Part shown: positions 20,354 through 28,285 of the stretch, piece by piece
How positions within the stretch are numbered: the stretch's first letter is position 1
Layout of the letters: every line of letters begins with the position of its first letter
DNA from: Coleofasciculaceae cyanobacterium RL_1_1
GTDB lineage: Bacteria > Cyanobacteriota > Cyanobacteriia > Cyanobacteriales > Geitlerinemataceae
Direction: 5' to 3'
Assembly: GCA_012033105.1 (NCBI GenBank)
Contig: JAAUPN010000024.1
Coordinates: forward strand, 1-29,275
Length of the DNA stretch: 29,275 bases
Notes under the pieces: generated by a model
Told to the model about the DNA's origin: nothing
The model's database searches: none
What the model saw: the letters and a program-made list of their open reading frames with translations, nothing else
Translations under genes and position numbers: made by a program

Positions 20354-20512
20354 TTATTGAAAGAAGAAGCCAGACAGTAACAAGGGAACGATTAATAGTG
20401 CCACGACAATGACCGTTAAGGTGGTGGGATCAACGTCGATTTCGATCGGCGGAACCGGCGTTTTTTCGCGCGTGACAACATCAGGCGAGGTCGAACGGGT
20501 AGGGGTGCTCAT
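20354..20512 (-). CDS. candidate small protein (52 aa) with a C-terminal TM helix, translationally coupled to hisH
   Basis: Hand translation gives MSTPTRSTSPDVVTREKTPVPPIEIDVDPTTLTVIVVALLIVPLLLSGFFFQ. Its ATG overlaps the hisH stop (ATGA at 20509-20512). It is below the 60-aa cutoff of the ORF track. Confidence 0.3.
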   Translation of the reverse strand: MSTPTRSTSPDVVTREKTPVPPIEIDVDPTTLTVIVVALLIVPLLLSGFFFQ

Positions 20513-21139
20513 GAGGAAGCCTCCGCAAGTTGAACAAAATTTGAAAGCAGCTTTAAGCCAGCATCGGACGATTTTTCGGGGTGAAACTGGACGGCCATCA
20601 GGTTGTCACGGGCGATCGCGGCGGTGACGTGCTGGCTGCCGTGGTGTACCGTTGCGGCTTTGATGCTGGGGTCGATCGGATCGACATAATAGGAATGAAC
20701 GAAATATACCCAAGGCGAGTCACCCAGACCGCCCCACAGTGGACTGTTTGGCTGGACATACTCAAGCTGATTCCAACCCATATGGGGAATCGTGATACCG
20801 GGTTCGGGGGGTGAAATGGCGCACCGTGCCGGGGATAATTCCGAGGCCGGGTTCGGAACCTTCTTCGGAACGGTCAAACAAAATCTGGAGTCCGAGGCAA
20901 ATTCCTAGGAACGGCTTACCGGACTCGATCACGGTCTTGATCGTTTGTTCGAGACCGCGCGATCGCAAATGTTGCACCGCCGGATCGAACGACCCCACTC
21001 CGGGTAACACCACCGCATCCGCCGCCAGAATTTCTGCGGGAACGTCAGTCACCAGGGTATGACCGCCCGCATTATCCAGCCCTTTACAGGCTGAATGCAG
21101 GTTACCCATGTCGTAGTCGATGACGGCGATCGTTGCCAT
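20509..21139 (-). CDS. hisH: imidazole glycerol phosphate synthase glutamine amidotransferase subunit HisH; frameshift near 20800-20860
   Basis: The N-terminal ORF has IAVIDYDMGNLHS...GKPFLGICLGLQ with the catalytic Cys. The C-terminal ORF has HMGWN...FVHSY...QFHPEKS with the His/Glu pair. Together they total 210 aa. Confidence 0.85.
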
Positions 21140-21240
21140 AGTTCGGTATTGAAGGCGGGATTAAGGGGCGGATTGTGGGCGGTGATTAACGCGATATCAC
21201 GCGATATCGCTGGGCTTCACCAGAGGTCGCTCAAGTCGCG

Positions 21241-21265
21241 AACACTAGTTGCTAACACTAGTTGC
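21241..21265. repeat. direct repeat aacactagttgc x2 (each with a palindromic ACTAGT core) overlapping the GNAT stop codon and upstream of hisH
   Basis: It can be read directly. The position is consistent with an operator site or a slipped duplication. Confidence 0.35.
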
Positions 21266-22421
21266 GATCGCCGTGGGCGTTATCGGAGTTATTTTCCTCT
21301 TTGTAGCTTTCCAGCTCGTATAAATGCTGAAGCCAACGACTGGGAATCGGCTTACGCGCCGGTTGGAAACCACCGAGAACATCTGACAGTTGTAAACCAT
21401 CCAGGGTGACTTGCTTGGTTTCGCGTAGCTTGTGCCACACCGATCGCGACATGAGCTGCGTATGCTCCACCGGACGCGCACCGACGCGCTGGAAAAATTC
21501 CTCGCGCTCGGTTTGGTAGTCCGCCGAGGTGAGCCGCAACGACTGCGCCGGAAGCTCGCGCGTCACCCGCGCCATCTGTGCCAACAGCTCGGGATAGAGC
21601 CAGGTGTAGGCCGGATGCACGGTGAGTTCGGCGCGGTGGGGAAAGGTTCCTTGCTGACTGAGCTGCATGTGGAAATAGCCGATCGCCGCTTTGCGTTGTG
21701 GCTCGAACACATAGCCCGCCACCGAATCGGTTTTGCTCATCCAGCGCTTGAACCCATCCATCAGCGAGTCAAACAAGCTCGTTTTGAAGTCGCACACGTG
21801 GCGATCGTACACCTGACGCACGTGGGGCAACATCGACGCCGTATCAAGTTGATAGAGCAGCGAGGCATCGGAGTTGTTCACGGGCATCAGATTCGGCAAA
21901 TCTGGTTCACGCTGACTCAGCTCTGCCAGCAGATCGGCGCTAAAGTCCCAGTGGGTCACCTGCGTCAGACATTGAAAGCCGTTTTGACGATAAATCGCCA
22001 TCGCGTCGGCGTTGCTGACCTTGACCTCGGCCAGCCAGGTTCGCGCTTTCCACAGGTTTTGTAAACAGTGGCGAATTAAGGCAGTGCTGGTATCCTGAGC
22101 GCCACAGCTCGGATCGGCGATGAGCCGATCGATCCGCCAGGTGGTCGCGCCACGGTTGGACGGCGAGACCTGAACGGCTCCCTGAATTTGGCGGTTTTTC
22201 TCCGCGACAAAGACGGAAAACAGGTGTTGATAGTGCGTTGGTAGCCAGCTCAGGCAGGTGAGTAGGCCGTAGTAGCTACGGATGCGATCGAGGTGCGTGG
22301 CGAGGTCGAGAATTGAGCTGGAACTGCGGGCAGTCAAAGCTTGAGGCAACAGCGCTTCGATCGCATCGAGATCGCGAAATTGCAAGGCACGGATATCGAG
22401 TTTGTGAGAATCGAAGGTCAT
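21258..22421 (-). CDS. GNAT-family N-acetyltransferase domain protein (387 aa)
   Basis: The central segment AVQVSPSNRGATTWRIDRLIADP...ALIRHCLQ....AEVKVSNADAMAIYRQNGFQ resembles GNAT motifs A/B. The rest is unassigned. Confidence 0.55.
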   Translation of the reverse strand: MTFDSHKLDIRALQFRDLDAIEALLPQALTARSSSSILDLATHLDRIRSYYGLLTCLSWLPTHYQHLFSVFVAEKNRQIQGAVQVSPSNRGATTWRIDRLIADPSCGAQDTSTALIRHCLQNLWKARTWLAEVKVSNADAMAIYRQNGFQCLTQVTHWDFSADLLAELSQREPDLPNLMPVNNSDASLLYQLDTASMLPHVRQVYDRHVCDFKTSLFDSLMDGFKRWMSKTDSVAGYVFEPQRKAAIGYFHMQLSQQGTFPHRAELTVHPAYTWLYPELLAQMARVTRELPAQSLRLTSADYQTEREEFFQRVGARPVEHTQLMSRSVWHKLRETKQVTLDGLQLSDVLGGFQPARKPIPSRWLQHLYELESYKEENNSDNAHGDRN

Positions 22422-22585
22422 ACTAAAACAGTGATGAGCGTCAAAGCGCGATCACCAACCCCAATCTAAATGACGAACGTTTACAACTTAAGATCGACAT
22501 CGATAACCCACGCATATTCCTTTATTATCTCGTGTCTTGAGATTCTTGCATCAAGATTGAGATTAAGCCTGATCCCAGGCTGGAT

Positions 22586-22626
22586 CTCAAGCGGGCTTGA
22601 TCGCATCGAGAGGACGCCCGCTTGAG
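22586..22626. terminator. 11-bp perfect stem (ctcaagcgggc / gcccgcttgag), 19 nt downstream of the CofE-like gene stop
   Basis: The inverted repeat can be read directly. The loop is long and there is no clear U-tract. Confidence 0.35.
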
Positions 22627-22644
22627 CGTTGCGATCGCCAGCGC

Positions 22645-23217
22645 TTAACGCAGCTTCGGACGCACGAGTACCACTGGCGTTTGCTCGTCCGCATTCCCGG
22701 CGGGATTGCTCCGCAGCGCATCTTGCAGGATGCCGTCAATCTTGGACGAGGACGACGCCAATACCTTCACGGCCTTGAGGTCATTCACATCGACGATCGC
22801 AGCTTCTAAGCCCGTTTCACGCTTGATGCGATTCACCAGACCTTGGGCATCATCAGGACCCAGCACAATGAAGCGATCGTAAGGCGGCAGCGTACCCGTC
22901 ACGTCATCGATCAAACGCGCCTGATCGCCTGCGAGTTGGTAAAACACACCGGGACGCCCGAAAATTTTGGCGATCGCGCCGATCGCAAAGGCGAAACCCA
23001 CCCGCCACGCGCCGGACACATCCACCAAGGTTTGCAGCCCGCACACCGTCGCGAGGCTCGATGTGGGCAAGAAGAAATAGCACAGGCGTTTCGCCAGCCA
23101 GCCCGGTTTCACGTCGGCGGGGTAACGCCAGCGCTGCTGCATGATCGCAATCGGGGTTTCGCCGATCGTCACAATGTCGCCCTCCTTCGAGTGGGGCAGC
23201 ACGTAACGGCGCACCAC
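22645..23217 (-). CDS. CofE/FbiB-like domain (COG1478, F420-0:gamma-glutamyl ligase family) protein. The frame stays open upstream to 23382 without any start codon.
   Basis: The motifs GDIVTIGETPIAIMQ, VDVNDL, VLASS and NPAGNADEQTPVVLVRP match the conserved CofE blocks. The only candidate start is GTG at 23217, which would truncate the N-terminal part of the domain. Confidence 0.55.
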   Translation of the reverse strand: MVRRYVLPHSKEGDIVTIGETPIAIMQQRWRYPADVKPGWLAKRLCYFFLPTSSLATVCGLQTLVDVSGAWRVGFAFAIGAIAKIFGRPGVFYQLAGDQARLIDDVTGTLPPYDRFIVLGPDDAQGLVNRIKRETGLEAAIVDVNDLKAVKVLASSSSKIDGILQDALRSNPAGNADEQTPVVLVRPKLR

Positions 23218-23240
23218 TTCGACGGGATCATCAAGATGGG

Positions 23241-23840
23241 TCAGCAGGTGGGTTTTGACGGGGAAACCTGGGCGCGATCGCGATCGAGCCAGTTCGGCGG
23301 GGCATTGCGATCGGGATAGTCCAGCGGCACAACCGCGTGACCAATTTTCGGGATACGTCCGGCGGGGCCGTAGGTCATGTAGTTAAACCGTAGCCAAACC
23401 GTTTTGAGGCAATCAAGATTCGAGCCGGTCAGCTCGATCGAGATCTTGACCCCCGTGCTGTACTTCGCTTTGACGATATAGGCAAACCAGTAGCCATCCT
23501 CACGGGCAGGCGCATCAGGATGTTGGGGTGTGATCCGAATATCCGACTCGATCGCGTGCAGATCCGCGCCGCCCAGCAACGTCACCTCCGCCGATACCTC
23601 GGGGATCATGACTTCCAGCGCGTCCGTGGCGTTGTACAACTCGGTTTCACCGACGAGCAACACCCGATCGGCGCTCCGCTCGGCGATCGTCCACTGTCCG
23701 GGCTTAAACACCAGCTCATTCCCCTGGCGCTGACGATACTTCGCCTCAAACCCCAGCAGCCCAAGGCCGATTGCACCTACGACCGCTCCGGCTCCTACTG
23801 CAATTCCTGTTGCGATCGCACGATATGGACTCTCCCTCAC
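23241..23840 (-). CDS. hypothetical protein with an N-terminal TM helix; possibly the N-terminal part of a fusion with the CofE-like domain through a frameshift at 23265-23290
   Basis: It ends inside a gcgatcgcgatcg HIP1 doublet, where the CofE-like frame is already open. I recognise no motif. Confidence 0.4.
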   Translation of the reverse strand: MRESPYRAIATGIAVGAGAVVGAIGLGLLGFEAKYRQRQGNELVFKPGQWTIAERSADRVLLVGETELYNATDALEVMIPEVSAEVTLLGGADLHAIESDIRITPQHPDAPAREDGYWFAYIVKAKYSTGVKISIELTGSNLDCLKTVWLRFNYMTYGPAGRIPKIGHAVVPLDYPDRNAPPNWLDRDRAQVSPSKPTC

Positions 23841-23999
23841 ACCGACAAAATACTCAACCGTTTATACCATTAGGCTTTACCAATGACTATTGTTCGATGT
23901 TTTTTCAGGCAGGACTTGCGCACTGACCGGCTAGAACCATGCAATACCGTGGGCGCATTGCCATGACGCCCCTACGAGTTTCGATAGCGAGGTTGACGG

Positions 24000-25822
24000 C
24001 TACGGCAGCAATGGTGACGGGTCTTGCGTTTGCAGCGTCGAACGCTTAAAAGCCTGGATAGCATAGCGAACACGGTTCAGTTCTGAGATCACGCGTTTCA
24101 CATCATCTTCTAGATCAACGTGATCGAGATTATGCGTTTTTAACTGTTGCTCTACGCCAATAATCAGTCGTTCTAACGTCTTCGCGCCGATATTCGTCGA
24201 ACCACCACGCAAAATATTAACTAAATAGAACGACAGATCGCGATCGCCAAGCTGTTGAGCCGATTGTAATTGCGACTCAAAATTCGCGTGAGTCTGGAGG
24301 AAAACATCCAGCAATTCTTGATACAGTTGTGCATCGTGATCGCAACGTTCTAAACCCGCTTCAACATTCAAAGCGAGCAATTGCGCCATCTCTTCATTCG
24401 CACAACAAATACAATTACGCCCCTGCTCCTTCGCCTGGAACAATGCCGCATCTGCCGCTAAAACAATCTCATCGGATGACGTGCCGACTTGCGGAAGACT
24501 CGACGCTACCCCCATACTGACTGTGATGCGATCGCTCGATCATGAGTGCTATGTTCGAGCGCAAGATCGGCTAAGTTTTTTTGAATCTGGCGAGCCAGAT
24601 AAATGGCTCCGGGAGCATCGGTATTGGGCAAAACAATGGTGAACTCTTCACCACCATACCGTGCCACAAAATCTGTCGGTCGATTCACTGATTGTTGCAG
24701 CAACTGAGCGACCTGAATGAGGCATTGATCACCTTGGGGATGACCATAGGTATCGTTATAGAGCTTGAAATAATCAATATCAAGCATGATGATTGATAGA
24801 CTCTGCTGCTCGCGTTGTAATCGTCGATATTCGCGATCGAGATAATCGTCTAAAGCTCGACGATTCGCAATTTTCGTCAGGCCATCTAAGTTACTCAATC
24901 GCTTTAATGCTACATTGGCTAGCTTCAAACTGTGATGTAAATTAGACTGCTGAATCGCAATGATGAGCTGGGCAATAACGGGCTCTAGTAGCTCTAAATT
25001 AATTGCATTCATCATCGCTTCTTGACCATGAATGAGCAGAATGCCCCAAAGTTGAGAATCTTGGATGATGGGCAGACGATACTCCGCCTCGATTTGGCAA
25101 CGTTGAAACCAATCGCGATCGCTCAGGGTTAAGTGATTGGGATCGGTTGTGGAGTGAATATACGGCTGATGATCGAGGGGAGCTGCAATGGGATAGTTTG
25201 CGTTTTGTAATGCGGTATCGGTCGAAGCGACAATCACCGGGGCTTTGCTTGAGGGGTAGCGAGCGATCGCAATGCGATCGGCGCCGAGTAAATTTTGGAG
25301 GTTATTGACGGTCGTTGAGAGAATCTGTTTAAGCTGAAGCGAGCCATGAATTTCTGTGACCAATTCGCGCAGAATTGATTCTTGCTTCGCTTTCAGTTGA
25401 GCTTGATGACGTAATTTTGCCAGTTCAAGATGATTCGTAATCCGAGCAATTAGCTCTTCCGTCCGAAAGGGTTTGGTCACATAGTCGCCCGCACCAACGG
25501 CAAAGGCTTGCTGTAAATGACTCACATCATTACTAGCGGTGAGAAAAATAACGGGGATATCGGTAGTAGCAGGATGTTGCTTGAGCTGCTTACAAACTTC
25601 TAGGCCATTCATCCCTGGCATCATTAAGTCTAATAGGATTAAGTCCGGTACAATCTCTGTTGCTCTTTCCAGTGCCTGGACGCCATTCATTGCAAATGTT
25701 AATCGGCACTTAAAGAACGAGAATTTTCCTCTTAAAATCTTGAGATTTTCAGGGATATCATCGACCAGTAATAACAGGGGTGATTTACTTCCTTCCGGTG
25801 ATAAATAATGCCGGTGTTTCAT
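24000..25822 (-). CDS. response regulator REC - GAF - GGDEF with a C-terminal Hpt-like domain; frameshift near 24505-24540
   Basis: The REC domain reads LLLVDDIPENL...DLILLDLMMPGMNG...TKPF. The GGDEF motif reads RYGGEEF. The ITVSMGVA block spans the frame junction. The C-terminus LVNILRGGSTNIGAKTLERL looks like an Hpt motif with Asn in place of the phospho-His. Confidence 0.8.
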
Positions 25823-25829
25823 GTTTGAT

Positions 25830-25854
25830 AATAAACAAAGATTTTTTGTTTATT
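25830..25854. promoter_or_regulatory. perfect 10-bp palindrome (aataaacaaa gattt tttgtttatt) 8 nt upstream of the REC-GAF-GGDEF start codon
   Basis: The inverted repeat sits in the 5' UTR/RBS position of the minus-strand gene. The surrounding 70 bp are AT-rich. Confidence 0.4.
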
Positions 25855-25887
25855 TACTTTCAGATAGAATTGATTAATCTAATTTTA

Positions 25888-26843
25888 CTATTGTCCTGAT
25901 CGTGTTTGACGGCTCTTGAGAACTCGCAGGAGTTTGTCAAATACTGACGGAGGATCGGCGATCGCGGCGATTTCCTGGCCGGTACGCGGGTGGCGTAGGG
26001 TTAGTTTCCAGGCGTGCAGGGCTTGGCCGGGGAGGTTGACGCCGATCGTTTGGGCGGAACTGTAGAGCGGGTCGCCGATAATTGGGTGACCGATCGCGGC
26101 ACTGTGGACGCGGATTTGGTGGGTGCGTCCGGTTTCGAGGCGAAAATGAATCAGGGTGTAGTTTCCGAGGCGATCGATGACATCCCAGTGGGTGACGGCC
26201 AAACGTCCCCCATGCTCAATGTCTAAGATGGTCATCTTTTGCGATCGGCAGGATGGCGTCCGATCGGTAAATCGATCATGCCGTGATCTTCGCGAGGGGA
26301 ACCGTAGACGAGGCCGAGGTATTCGCGGCGTGCGGTTTTGGCGGCGATCTGTGCCTGGAGGTGCTGATGGGCGAGGTCGGTTTTGGCGACGACGATCGCG
26401 CCGGTGGTGTCTTTATCGAGGCGGTGGACGATGCCGGGGCGTTGGGTTCCACCGATGCCGGATAGTTTGCCCTGGCAGTGATGCAGCAAGGCGTTAACTA
26501 AGGTGTCCTGGGTATGGCCGGGGGCGGGATGAACCACGAGGCCGACGGGTTTATTAACGATCAGCAGATCGTCATCTTCGTAGAGAATATCGAGGGGCAG
26601 ATCGAGCGGAATCAGAGCATCGAGGGGTTCGGCGTCGGGGATGGTGATTTCGAGTCGATCGCCGGGTTTGAGCTTCTGTTTTTTTTGGGTACAGGTGACA
26701 TCATTGAGGCGTACATGTCCTTGCTCAATTAGGCTTTGCAGGCGCGATCGGGATAAATCGTCAATGCGATCGGCGAGTAGGCGATCAAGGCGATCGGAGG
26801 TCTCTGCGATTAGGGTGATGGGGTCAGGCATGGCAAGGGGCAA
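25888..26843 (-). CDS. rluD: 23S rRNA pseudouridine synthase RluD (RluA family with N-terminal S4 domain); frameshift near 26230-26260
   Basis: The S4-like N-terminus reads RLDRLLA...SRSRLQSLIEQGHVRLN. The catalytic motif HRLDKDTTG is in the first ORF. The conserved C-terminal part (HGGRLAVTHW...HQIRVH) is in the second ORF. Confidence 0.8.
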
Positions 26844-26996
26844 AGGGCTCGATATTCTCGATATGATGGCCTAATAACTGGTGTCGCTTTCATCCGATAT
26901 TTCATTCAACCACAGCCACACAGCCACGCCGAACTTGTCTCGGGTTTTGTGTGCTGTTCAAGCCCTAAAAACCATGCTAATCAGGATGATCGATCG

Positions 26997-27851
26997 ATGA
27001 AACCGATCCGTACGGGAAAACTGCGTGTTGAACGCCTGACGATTCCTTTCGCCAAATTACCGCAACGACTGCATGGCCTCAAAATCGTCCAACTCTCGGA
27101 TCTGCACTACACCAACAGTCAGCTCTCCGATCGCCTGCTCAACCAGGCGATCGACACCGTGAACCGTAACGCCCCGGATATTATCGTCCTCACCGGCGAT
27201 TTTATTCACGATGAGCCGGAGCCGATCGACAGCCTAATCCCATTTCTCAAGCGGCTACACGCCCGCCACGGCATCTACGCCATCCTCGGCAACCACGATA
27301 TCTACCTGCCCGAAGCCCGCCATTACGTCACCCGAGCGCTGTCGCGGATTGGGATTTGTGTGCTGTGGAATCAGGTGGTGTATCCCGCTGGTGATGGTTT
27401 AGCCTTGGTGGGTCTCGCGGATCTGTGGTCTGGTGAATTCGACCCGCGCCCGTCTTTCGCGACCTCGATCCGGATGTGCCGCGCATCGTGTTGTCCCACA
27501 ATCCCGACACCGCCGAAACCCTGCGCCGCTGGCGTTGTGACCTGATCCTGTCCGGCCACACCCACGGCGGCCAACTTGTGTTACCGTTCCTTGGCCCTTT
27601 GCCGAAATACCTCGACTTTTCCGCTGGATCATTCCCAAGCCGCTCTATCCTTACCTGCCCCTGCTGGGGAAAGGGGACTACGTGACGCAGCACTGGGAAT
27701 GGGCGTCGGGGATGTTTCGCCTCGGTCGCAATCGGCTGTATGTGAATCGCGGTTTGGGGTCGTATTTTCCCGGTCGTTTTGGCTGTCCGCCGGAGGTGAC
27801 GGAGTTTGTGGCGATCGCCCAGCCCAATGCCCCGAAATACGGGTTTGATTA
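26997..27851 (+). CDS. calcineurin-like metallophosphoesterase; two frameshifts (about 27455-27480 and 27640-27650)
   Basis: The motifs run in the canonical order LSDLH, GDFIHD and GNHD in the first frame and ILSGHTHGGQ in the second. The conserved C-terminus YVNRGLG...PEVT is in a third frame. Confidence 0.7.
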
Positions 27852-27885
27852 AGAGTATTGCCCAAACATAATCGCCTCAAAAAAA

Positions 27886-28130
27886 GCTGAGAGCAATGAG
27901 CGGAGTCGAAGTGCGGTTCTTAACTGAGACGAGAGTGTCCTAATTTAGTCGGCTTGCATTCTATCAGGCATCATCGCCGATCTCAAGAAGTGCGACTTTT
28001 CTCAAAAGTCGCACTTCTACATCAGTCCGAAGTCTGATCGCGATAGTCAGTTCACCCAAAAAAGCAAGACCAGTTGACTCTGTTCTGTTTGCTCAAACAC
28101 CGCGTTTCGACTCCGCTCAACGCTCTCAGC
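27886..28130. repeat. 245-bp MITE-like composite element bounded by 33-bp terminal inverted repeats (repeat copies D and E) with a central perfect 15-bp hairpin at 27986-28018
   Basis: The left terminal inverted repeat is gctgagagcaatgagcggagtcgaagtgcggtt. The reverse complement of the right one is gctgagagcgttgagcggagtcgaaacgcggtg. The central hairpin is agaagtgcgactttt ctc aaaagtcgcacttct. Confidence 0.55.
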
Positions 28131-28285
28131 ATATTCTGACAATCATTGAACGGATGATAACGGTTAGGCCAACGGCGACGCGGCCAGCAAGACCCACACC
28201 CCGGCTAAACCCAGAATACAAAGCAGCCACAATACACGCCGTATGGTCATGGTTGTCTGGGATAACGGGGTCGGGTTCATCCGGT

